Position numbers and translations under genes: made by a program
The notes under the pieces: model-generated
Told to the model about the DNA's origin: nothing
Seen by the model: only the letters and a program-made list of their open reading frames with translations
The model's database searches: none
Part shown: positions 33,295 to 46,100 of the stretch, in pieces
Layout: each line of letters starts with the position of its first letter
How positions within the stretch are numbered: position 1 is the first letter of the stretch
NCBI GenBank assembly: GCA_002269645.1
Contig: NIVC01000175.1
Span: 773,029 to 837,028, forward strand
Length of the DNA stretch: 64,000 bases
From: Macrostomum lignano
Taxonomy: Eukaryota
Reading direction: 5' to 3'

Positions 33295-33910
33295 CGTGCC
33301 ATTTCATTTGAGGGGGCGCCATTTAGGTGGAGGGGCGCGATTTCATTCGAGGGGGCGCCATTTCATTTGTGAGGGGCGCCATTTCATTTGAGGGGGCGCC
33401 ATTTCATTTAAGGGGCACCATTTCAGTGGAGGGGGCGCGATTTTATTCGAGGGGCGCCATTTCATTTGTGAGGGGCGCCATTTCATTTGAGAGGGGCGCC
33501 ATTACATTTGAAAGGGGCGCTATTTTGTTTGGAGAGGCGCCACTTCATTGGGGGGTGCCATTTCATTGGGGGGTGCCATTTCATTGGGGGTGCCATTTCA
33601 TTGGGGGTGCCATTTCATTGGGGGGTGCCATTTCATTGAAGGGGGGCGCCATTTCATTGGGGAAGAGTGCCATTTCATTGGGGGGGGCGCCATTTCATTG
33701 GGGGGGCGCCATTTCATTGGGGGGGCGCCATTTCATTGGGGGGCGCCATTTCATTGGGGGGTGCCACTTCATTGGGGGGGCGCCATTTCATTGGGGGGCG
33801 CCATTTCATTGGGGGGTGCCACTTCATTGGGGGGGGCGCCATTTCATTGGGGGGAGTGCCATTTCATTGGGGGGGCGCCATTTCATTGGGGGGGGGGTGC
33901 CATTTCACTT
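33295..33910. repeat. Minisatellite, 17-20-bp unit
   Basis: ggggcgccatttcatt(t); the same family recurs at 37912. Confidence 0.93.
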
Positions 33911-34424
33911 AAATCTTAAAAGTCATCCTAAAGGATCGCCCCTTCCAATGTCTTGGTATAGGCTACCAAGCAATTGAAATAAAAGCTTCCATTAAGTTAA
34001 TTAGTCACTCGTGAAAAACCTTTTTTTGCGTTTTTGCATCAGTGCTGGATGGAATAGCAAAATGTATTTCAGATTAATTCTTCAAGAATCATAATTTCAA
34101 GCGTTCGACAAAGACGTCACACACTGGCAAACCTGGAATCTCGACCGTACCCTCTACAGATTTTTAATTAGGCAGACCTGTAATATATCAACAGAAACTT
34201 TTTCCTTTTTCATTTCACTAACTAAGGGGCGAAAACTTTGCCAGGATTTCTTCGCGAAAATCAATTTAATTTAGATAAATCATTGAAATGGATTTCTTTT
34301 TATAATTATCAAAAATTTATTACCCACTTATTGTTTTGATTTGTTCTACAATAACATTTTACTTCGGCTAGACTTAACATCAATCATAATTTTTATGACT
34401 AAAGTAGATGAACCACAGCGAACC

Positions 34425-36073
34425 ACAGTCACTGAAGGTCATAGACAGTCACTGATGGTCATACACAGTCACTGAAGGTCATACACAGTCACTGAAGATC
34501 ATATACAGTCACAGAAGATCATATACAGTCACAGAAGATCATACACAGTCACCGGAGATCATACACAGTCACCGGAGATCATATACAGTCACAGAAGATC
34601 ATACACAGTCACAGAAGATCATACACAGTCACCGGAGATCATACACAGTCACCGGAGATCATATACAGTCACAGAAGATCATACACAGTCACAGAAGATC
34701 ATACACAGTCACCGGAGATCATACACAGTCACAGAAGATCATACACAGTCACCGGAGATCATACACAGTCACAGAAGATCATACACAGTCACCGGAGATC
34801 ATATACAGTCACAGAAGATCATATACAGTCACAGAAGATCATATACAGTCACAGAAGATCATACACAGTCACCGGAGATCATACACAGTCACAGAAGATC
34901 ATACACAGTCACCGGAGATCATATACAGTCACAGAAGATCATATACAGTCACAGAAGATCATATACAGTCACAGAAGATCATACACAGTCACCGGAGATC
35001 ATATACAGTCACAGAAGATCATATACAGTCACAGAAGATCATACACAGTCACCGGAGATCATATACAGTCACAGAAGATCATACACAGTCACCGGAGATC
35101 ATACACAGTCATTGAAGATCATACACAGTCACTGAAGATCATACACAGTCACTGAAGATCATATACAGTCACAGAAGATCATACACAGTCACCGGAGATC
35201 ATACACAGTCACTGAAGATCATATACAGTCACAGAAGATCATACACAGTCACCGGAGATTATACACAGTCACTGAAGATCATACAGTCACTGAAGATCAT
35301 ACACAGTCACCGGAGATTATACACAGTCACTGAAGATCATACAGTCACTGAAGATCATACACAGTCACCGGAGATTATACACAGTCACTGAAGATCATAC
35401 AGTCACTGAAGATCATACACAGTCACCGGAGATTATACACAGTCACTGAAGATCATACAGTCACTGAAGATCATACACAGTCACCGGAGATTATACACAG
35501 TCACTGAAGATCATACAGTCACTGAAGATCATACACAGTCACCGGAGATTATACACAGTCACTGAAGATCATACAGTCACTGAAGATCATACAGTCACTG
35601 AAGATCATACACAGTCACCGGAGATCATATACAGTCACAGAAGATCATATACAGTCACAGAAGATCATACACAGTCACCGGAGATCATATACAGTCACAG
35701 AAGATCATACACAGTCACCGGAGATCATACACAGTCATTGAAGATCATACACAGTCACTGAAGATCATACACAGTCACTGAAGATCATATACAGTCACAG
35801 AAGATCATACACAGTCACCGGAGATCATACACAGTCACTGAAGATCATATACAGTCACAGAAGATCATACACAGTCACCGGAGATTATACACAGTCACTG
35901 AAGATCATACAGTCACTGAAGATCATACACAGTCACCGGAGATTATACACAGTCACTGAAGATCATACACTCACTGAAGATCATACACAGTCACCGGAGA
36001 TCATACACAGTCACTGAAGATCATACAGTCACTGAAGATCATACACAGTCACCGGAGATCATACAGTCACTGA
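34425..36073. repeat. Minisatellite, 20-bp unit (18-bp variants)
   Basis: cagtcacagaagatcata(t/c)a and cagtcaccggagatcataca. Confidence 0.96.
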
Positions 36074-36436
36074 TGGAAAATAAACAGTCCCTAAAGGTTA
36101 TACAGAGTATCTGATAATGATGAACTTACGTCATAGAAGATTGCATGTACGTCATTGAATGTCATGCAACTGCAAGATGATAGAATGATTCAAGAGGCAA
36201 CAGAGGGCAGTACACAGTTTGGAGCAAAAATTATCAAGCAATTTGTGCTTTCTGACAGTAATTCGGCTTCTCAATGCCTATTGCGTGTCAGCATGCGGTT
36301 ACATAAGAAGATGAAGATTAGAATTTTTTATACGTAATTTTTTTATAGAATGCAAGACTGACATGGAGTACTGAATAGAGAATTCTTGTGAAATAAAGAT
36401 AGTAATACCTCGTAATAGCATAAAATTGTATTTACT

Positions 36437-37257
<821 letters not shown>

Positions 37258-37911
37258 CTCGCATAATACAATTGTTTTGATAAAACTGACGACACAAAAA
37301 TGTCAATAGATCCAATCATTCAATCAGAACCAATGCACTATGGGGCGCCCCATTTATATCTATACATTATATCTAAGTCAGAAAAACACGCAGCTTTGAA
37401 GTGCCGCCAAAAACAGCAGCTACCTCCTATTTGAATACGCAATCGTCAAGCCCTCCCACATTGTCTGCATAAAAAGGATGTTTCATTTAGGAATATCTCG
37501 TACTAAAGGTACAATTAATCCTCAATACTGTATTGAGCTGTATCTGCATAAATTAAACATTAGACTTTTGAACTCCATTGAGTTAGCTCGTAAGGTTGAG
37601 CAAGCTCACCAGCGTGAAAGATCAATGTCGATTTTTTAAACTAGTGCAAGAAATTACCGATACTAATGTGCCTCGCTTCTTCCTTTTAACTTTTTACGAG
37701 TTATGCCGACCAGGCTGTCTAAGCAATGAAACCAGAGTGTACTTTTAGCAGTTTTTTTTTCAGAATTTTCTTAACTGAACCTGTCAAAAATAGTGGCTCA
37801 CGGTTAATGAGTTCTATTGATCTATTGAATCGATGTCAAGAATTTAAACTTAGAACTTTTGTTTTAAACAAACCTTAATTTTTACACTCAATTTTACTAA
37901 AATAAAAATAG

Positions 37912-38815
37912 CGCTATTTCATATGAGGGGCGCTATTTCATTTGAGGGGCGCCATTTCATTTGAGGGGCGCTATTTCATTTGAGGGGCGCCATTTCATTT
38001 GAGGGGGCGCCATTTCATTTGAGGGGGCGCCATTCGCTTAAGGGGCGCTATTTCATTTCAAGGGTGCCATTTCATTTGAGGGGGCGCCATTTCATTTGAG
38101 GGGGCGCCATTTCATTTGAGGGGCGCTATTTCATTTGAGGGGCGCTATTTCATTTGAGGGGCGCCATTTCATTTGAGGGGCGCTATTTCATTTGAGGGGC
38201 GCTATTTCATTTGAGGGGCGCCATTTCATTTGAGGGGGCGCCATTTCATTTGAGGGGGCGCGATTTCATTTGAGGGGCGCCATTTCATTTGAGGGGCGCT
38301 ATTTCATTTGAGGGGCGCCATTTCATTTGAGGGGCGCTATTTCATTTGAGGGGCGCCATTTCATTTAAGGGGCGCTATTTCATTTGAGGGGCGCTATTTC
38401 ATTTGAGGGGCGCTATTTCATTTGAGGGGCGCCAGTTCATTTGAGGGGCACCATTTCATTTTAAGGGTGCCATTTTATTAAAGGTGGCGCTATTTCAGTG
38501 GAGGGGGCGCCATTTCATTTGAGGGGCGCCATTTCATTTGAGGGGCGCCATTTCATTAAAGGGGGCGCCATTTCAGTGGAGGGGGCGCCATTTCATTTGA
38601 GGGGGCGCCATTTCATTTGAGGGGGCGCCATTTCATTTGAGGGGCGCCATTTCATTAAAGGGGGCACCATTTCAGTGGAGGGGGCGCCATTTCATTTGAG
38701 GGGGCGCCATTTTATTTGAGGGAGCGCCATTTTATTTGAGGGGGCGCCATTTTATTTGAGGGAGCGCCATTTTATTTGAGGGAGCGCCATTTTATTTGAG
38801 GGAGCGCCTTTTTTT
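37912..38815. repeat. Minisatellite, 19-20-bp unit
   Basis: gaggggcgc(c/t)atttcattt. Confidence 0.95.
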
Positions 38816-39104
38816 TTGAGAGGGTCGCTGACAACTTAATTAGGCGGATGGGAAAATTCGTTTTATAGAAAAAAAACTCCTCAGACGTAGCAATTTTCAT
38901 TTTTAACGAAAAATTGGGGATTTAATTATCATCTGACTTTGACGATATTGTCTTTATTAGTGGCCTTTAAATTGGAAATAATAGTGCATTTTCTGCGAAA
39001 TTTCTGCAACCTTATACTGGAAGCGATCGATATTAAAATAGACAATCAATGCCAATCAAAATGGAATTTCTCTTTCAGTTTACCCAACGAAATTTTGAGA
39101 AGTG

Positions 39105-39745
39105 GAGAGGGAAGGAGAAAAGAGGAGAGGAGAAGAGATGAGATGAGAGAAGAGGAGATGAGAGGAGATGAGAGGAGAGGAGATGAGAGGAGAGGAGAGG
39201 ACAGGAGATGAGAGGAGAGGAGAGGAAAGGAGATGAGAGGAGAGGAGATGAGAGGAGATAAGAGGAGAGGATAGGAAAGGAGATGAGAGGAGAGGAGATG
39301 AGAGGAGATGAGAGGAGAGGAGATGAGAGGAGAGGAGATGAGAGGAGAGGAGATGAGAGGAGAGGAGAGGAGAGGACAGGAGATAAGATGAGAGGAGATG
39401 AGAATAGAGGAGATAAGAGGAGAGGATAGGAAAGGAGAGATGAGATGAGAGGATAGGATAGGAGAGAAGAGGAGAGGAGAGGATAGGAGAGGAAGGGAAA
39501 GGAGATGAGAGGATAGGATAGGAGAGAAGAGGATAGGAGAGGATAGGAGAGGAAGGGAAAGGAGATGAGAGGATAGGATAGGAGAGAAGAGGAGAGGAGA
39601 GGATAGGAGAGGAAGGGAAAGGAGATGAGAGGATAGGATAGGAGAGAAGAGGAGAGGAGAGGATAGGAGAGGAAGGGAAAGGAGATGAGAGGATAGGATA
39701 GGAGAGAAGAGGAGAGGAGAGGAGAGGAGAGGAGAAGACAGGAGA
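39105..39745. repeat. Purine-rich 5-bp-based repeat with a 60-bp higher-order unit
   Basis: gagag/gatag units; the lines starting at 39481, 39541, 39601 and 39661 are near-identical. Confidence 0.92.
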
Positions 39746-40389
39746 GTGAGGGATGATTATGATTCACCTAATACCCAGTAGTTTAGCTATGGTAGCTACA
39801 GTGTATTTCATACAGTGCAGTAAAGTATGTAGAGCGATTTCGGATGCACAATAATTATAAGGGAGATCGCAGGAATAAAACGAAGCAATGCATGATATGA
39901 ACAGACTGTGGCACAGGAAATAATATAAGAGATGCGATCAAGGAGAATCCAGTAGACTGCAGTATACATTTATACCATATATCTGGTAAGTACAAGCACA
40001 CACTTTCGATGGGAAAACATCCCTCAAATACATGTGATCCAAACGGCCGTTTTTTACAGCTTGTATTGCCTTCATAAACTATGTGTACCTATGATGCAGA
40101 ACGGTTGCAAATAACGTTTATGCTGAAAGCAAGAGCCTATATAGACAAAGTTATGGGCTAAACCAGAAGTCATTGACGGCTGTAAGAGCTTACACAACGT
40201 CCATCAGCTAATGCATTTCTGCCTCGAGTATGAACGCATTTGGACCAGCCTTCATCTAGCGGCCATTTTTTTAAAACCAGACACAGACAGTCAGAATGGT
40301 AAAGAAAAAAATGAAATCTTAGGCTCGAATTTCTAAGAATTCCAAATAAGATAAACATCTAGAATTTTTATACTAGCAGCTGGAAAATC

Positions 40390-41838
40390 GAGAGTGAGAG
40401 TTGAGAATAGAGATTGAGATTTTAAAATCGATGCTAAGATTTGAGAATCGAGGGTGAAATTTGAAAATCCAATGTGAGATTTGAGAATCCAATGTGAGAT
40501 TTAAGAATCCAATAGGAGATTTTAGAATCAAGGCTGAGATTTTAGAATCTAGGGTGAGATTTGAGAATCAAGGATGGGATTTTAGAATCGAGGGTGGGAT
40601 TTGAGAATCCAATGTGAGATTTGAGAATCGAAATTGAGATTTAAGAATCAAGAGTGGGATTTGAGAATCAAGGCTGAGATTTTAGAATCTAGGGTGAGAT
40701 TTGAGAATCAAGGATGGGATTTTAGAATCGAGGGTGGGATTTTAGAATCCAATGTGAGATTTGAGAATCGAAATTGAGATTTAAGAATCAAGAGTGGGAT
40801 TTGAGAATCAAGGGTGAGATTTGAGAATCTAGGGTGAGATTTGAGAATCGTGGGTGAGAGTTTAGAAATGAGGGTGAGATGAGAACCGAGGATGAGATTT
40901 GAGAATCGAGGGTGAGATTTGAATCGAGGGTGAGATTTGAAGAATCGAGAGTGAGATTTTAGAATAAAGGGTGAGATTTACGAATCGAGGGTGAGATTTG
41001 AGAATTGTAGTTAAGAATTTAGAATCGAGAGTGAGATTTGAGAATAGAGATCAAGCTTTGAGAATTCAGGGTGAGATTTGAGAATCGAGGGTGAGATTTG
41101 AGAATCGAGTGAGAGATCTGAGAATCGACGGATTTGAGAATCGAGGGTGAGATTTGAGAATCAAGGGTGAGATTTGATAATCAGGGGTAAGATTAAAGAA
41201 TCGAGAGTGAGATTTGAGAATCGATAGTGAGATTTGAAAATCAAGGGTGAGATTTGATAATCAGGGGTGAGATTTAAGAATCGAGAGTGAGATTTGAGAA
41301 TCGATAGTGAGATTTAAGAATCAAAATTGAGATTTATGAATCAAGAGTGAGATTTGAGAATCAAGGGTGAGATTTTAGAATCGAGGGTGAGATTTAAGAA
41401 TCGTGGGTGAGAGTTTAGAATCGAGGGTGAGATGAGAACCGAGGGTGAGATTTTAGAATCGAGGGTGAGATTTAAGAATCGTGGGTGATAGTTTAGAATC
41501 GAGGGTGAGATTTAAGAAACGTGGGTGAGAGTTTAGAATCGAGGGTGAGATGAGAACCGAGGGTGATATTGGAAAATCAAGGGTGAGATTTGAAAATCGA
41601 GGGTGAGATTTGAAAATCGAGGGTGAGATTTGAATTGAGGGTGAGATTTGAGAATCGAGAGTGAGATTTTAGAATCGAGGGTGAGATTTGAGAACTGGGG
41701 TTGAGAATTTAGAATCGAGGGTGAGATTTGAGAATAGAGATCAAGCTTTGAGAATCGAGAGTGAGATTTGAGAATCGAGAGTGGGATTTGAGAATCAAGG
41801 GTGAGATTTGAGAATCGAGTGAGAGATCTGAGAATCAA
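40390..41838. repeat. Minisatellite, about 20-bp unit, diverged
   Basis: gagggtgagatttgagaatc. Confidence 0.93.
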
Positions 41839-42694
41839 TTTAACCTAGGATTCGGGACACATACCTTTTGGGCATTAGGAAAACATTGCGCCAGGAAACA
41901 AGAACGCAATCTCGCGAAAGCAAATGACAAGTTTGACAAATCCTCTTAAAATGGTTTCCAGGGCGCAGTCGGCTCTCAAATTGCAGCTGATTGCGTGCTG
42001 CATAAGATTTCCAGGCAACAATTGTTTGTTGGAAAAATTCAGCAGCTTGCAGAAGCTATTTTAAATCAGCCTACTAGTTAGCCTACTAGTAGTAGAAGAA
42101 AAGCGTTTTCAGTAAAAAATGAATAAAAAAGCAAAATTCTCTTCACTAACGTGAAATAACATTACAGTAAAATTAAGAAGCTATCTGAGAGCTTTTAATT
42201 TAGAAAATCTTTATTATAAGCACACTCTACATGCCAGTTTAAACAAATATACACAAATACAGCAAAAAGAGTTTTATTAATAAGTTGGAAGTGAATTTTT
42301 GAATTAGAATACACGATGGAGTGAGTGCTTAATTGGCAGATTAATGCCAAATTTTGAACTGATAAAGCTGCACAGTTAAAGCTGCACAGTGAACGTGGAA
42401 TGCATCGCCAAAGTTTCTGTTTACGCTAATATAGATCAAAATCAATGGAATGTATTAAAAAGAATTGTAAATATCAATTTAAGGTAATTTAAGCTACTTT
42501 CAGTAGAAGTTTTGCAAATTTCGCGCGATAGTAACTTTACAAATGATGAGGAATGCTATTCAATAAATCTACTAAATATTTTTCGTAATTAAGTTGCGGA
42601 TGCAAACACAATGCATGGTATGGAACAATTACAGTTTCGATGCATAAATAACTATGCAATTTCATGTATGATTGATGGAGCTTACTTTATGCAT

Positions 42695-42850
42695 TTTCGA
42701 TACATATCGGCAATGTATAAAAGTGAACTTTTTACTATAATTTATCTAGTCTAATTTACATACTTTCGATACATATCGCCAATAAAAAAGTGAACTTCGT
42801 ACTAGTTTAGGCGAGTCTAATTTACATACTTTCGATACATATCGGCACGA
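42695..42850. repeat. 66-69-bp tandem repeat with a palindromic core
   Basis: tttcgatacatatcg, with its CGA at 42698, 42767 and 42833. Confidence 0.8.
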
Positions 42851-42953
42851 TAATTTAAAAAACACAAACAAGGACAGAGCAGCGTGATGAAGTGTATAAG
42901 AAGAATAAGTTAATTTTAAAAAACTTAGGCAACCCCCAGGATTCGAACCCCTG

Positions 42954-43163
42954 TTACGGCGCCCAAACTCGCATTGAACAATCAGCTGATCCGGTGAATA
43001 AGCGGCTATTGCACACTGCCATCGCTGTCACAATGCCTTGATGCCGTTGCAAAGTTTGAGTGCGCAGCATATTGTGCAGGCTCCACACCGCTACCGACAT
43101 GTCGTGCGACCCGGATAGCAGCTTCAGACCGGCGCTGGTTCGCATCACAGACAGGCAACTCAC
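42954..43163 (-). CDS. TRAF7: TRAF7 terminal exon, WD6-7
   Basis: tttttag|gtg; VSCLSVMRTSAGLKLLSGSHDMSVAVW...FTGSADCSMRVWAP*. Confidence 0.92.
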   Translation of the reverse strand: MSCLSVMRTSAGLKLLSGSHDMSVAVWSLHNMLRTQTLQRHQGIVTAMAVCNSRLFTGSADCSMRVWAP

Positions 43164-46100
43164 CTAAAAAGGTGAAAATTAAATTAATAATAACAATGAA
43201 CCATGCTGAGTGAAAATCTCACAATGACTCAAGTGAGAATCTAATTTATAACCCAAGTGAGAATCTCATTATGACCCAAGCTAGAATCTTATTTATGACC
43301 CAAGTGAGAATCTCATTTACGACCCAAGCTAGAATCTTATTTATGACCCAAGTGAGAATCTCATTTATGACCCAAGCTAGAATCTCATTTATGACCCAAG
43401 TGAGAATCTCATTTATGACCCAAGTGAGAATCTCATCTATAACCCAAGCTAGAATCTCATTTATAACCAATGCTAGAATCTCATTTATGACCAAAGCTAG
43501 AATCTCATTTATGACCAAAGCTAAAATCTAATTTTTGACCAAAGCTAGAATCTCATTATGACCAATACTTGTATCTCATTTATGACCCAAGCTAGAATCT
43601 CATTATGATCCAAGCTAGAATCCCATTATGACCCAAGCTAGAATCCCATTATGACCCAAGCTAGAATCCCATGATGACCCAAGCTAGAATCCCATGATGA
43701 CCCAAGCTAGAATCCCATTATGACCAATTCTAGAATCCCATTATGACCCAAGCTAGAATCCCATTATGACCTAAGCTAGAATCCCATTATGACCCAAGCT
43801 AGAATCCCATTATGACCCAAGCTAGAATCCCATAATGACCCAAGCTAGAATCTCGCCATGACTGATTTAAAACTGATCACTAACCTGACTGGAGTGCCCT
43901 CTGAGCACATGAGACGGTCTGGTTGTAGCTGACACAACCTCTTCAGTGCTCGTCACGGCCGATGAAGGAACTGCAGCCTCATCGTTACTGTGCTCTCCAT
44001 CAGTTTCGACAGCAGCAATGGCTGAAGCGCTACCCAAAGCAGTTGCAGCGGTGCCAGCAGCAGAAACAACCGGTTCTTCCAGAGCTTCCCAAACCAGTAG
44101 AAAGCCGCAACCAGTGCCAGCAATGACAAAGTCTGGCAGAACTAGAACTGAATGTACATTATTGCCCTCCTCATCTGTGCACAATGAGCGCACAGTGGAG
44201 AAGTTACACAGATCGATGACTAGCACCGAGTTGCCGCAGCCAACGTACAGCAGCTGTTGGCTGACCACCAGGGCGCGAACCCAGCGCACGAATCCAGTTA
44301 AAGTTCGCAGACAGATCCTGCTAGCCAGATCCCAGACCTTCACCAGAGTGAATGAGCCCGAGAATAAATAGAGCTTCGAGACGCACAGGGTGCTGACGCT
44401 GTCTGTGTGACCTTTGAGCGTCTGTTCAATAGAGGGGGGAGGGTAGCTTTGAAGAAATACCAACAGACATTAGGTATCTCCTAACTATACCCAAAGACAG
44501 AGAGTACCTCACGGACATGTGGCCGATTAAATAAATACCTACGCAGATGGATAGTCAATAAATACCCAAGGACACATCTAGATTAAACACATACTCAAGG
44601 ACACACACTAGATTAAACACATACCCAAGGACACAGACTAGATTAAACACATACCCAAGGACACAGACTAGATTAAACACATACTCAAGGACACACACTA
44701 GATTAAACACATACCCAAGGACACAGACTAGCTCAAACACATACCCAAGGACACAGACTAGATTAAACACATACCCAAGGACACAGACTAGATTAAACAC
44801 ATACTCAAGGACACACACTAGATTAAACACATACCCAAGGACACAGACTAGCTCAAACACATACCCAAGGACACAGACTAGCTCAAACACATACCCTAGG
44901 ACACACACTAGATTAAACACATGCCCAAGGACACAGACTAGATTAAACACATACTCAAGGACACACACTAGATTAAACACATACCCAAGGACACAGACTA
45001 GCTCAAACACATACCCAAGGACACAGACTAGATTAAACACATACCCAAGGACACAGACTAGATTAAACACATACTCAAGGACACACACTAGATTAAACAC
45101 ATACCCAAGGACACAGACTAGCTCAAACACATACCCAAGGACACAGACTAGCTCAAACACATACCCAAGGACACAGACTAGATTAAACACATACTCAAGG
45201 ACACAGACTAGATTAAACACATACTCAAGGACACACACTAGATTAAACACATACTCAAGGACACACACTAGATTAAACACATACCCAAGGACACAGACTA
45301 GATTAAACACATACCCAAGGACACAGACTAGCTCAAACACATACCCAAGGACACAGACTAGCTCAAACACATACCCAAGGACACAGACTAGATTAAACAC
45401 ATACCCAAGGACACAGACTAGATTAAACACATACTCAAGGACACACACTAGATTAAACACATACCCAAGGACACAGACTAGCTCAAACACATACCCAAGG
45501 ACACAGACTAGATTAAACACATACCCAAGGACACAGACCAGCTTAGAACATACCCAAGGACACACACTAGCTTAGAACATACCCAAGGACACAGACAAGA
45601 TAAAACAAATACCAAAGGACACAGACTGAATCAAACACATACCCAAGGACACTGACTAGATTAAACACATACCCAAGGACATAAAACCGCTTAAAAACAT
45701 ACCCATGGACACATGCTAGCCTAAACACACTAAATAGAAGAGCCCTCACCTTCAAGCAGGTACCGAACTCCGCAGACGCGGGTGCCACATCCCAAACTCG
45801 AATTGTATTATCCTGCGATCCAGAAAACAACACGGAACCAGTCAGCGCCAAGGACAACACTGGCCCGTCGTGTCCATCGAGAGTTTTCAGCAGCTCATTG
45901 CTACTGCTAACCTGCCACATTTTCACTGATTTATCGCCGCTAGCTGAGTACAGGTAGTCCCCGCCGCCCAGTAGGCACCAGATCGGGCCTCGATGACCTA
46001 CAAATGTACCCAGACATTTGAAGGTTTGCCAAACATTTCCTCCAGGCTGTACACTGGCTATAGATGACACCAGCTCGTTGACTACTACGATGGCTTCTTG

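Noticed and set aside
42925-42953. tRNA T-loop/B-box-like GGTTCGAATCC followed by a T-run on the - strand just after the TRAF7 stop
   Set aside because: No D-arm, anticodon arm or acceptor-stem partner; the upstream sequence is coding.
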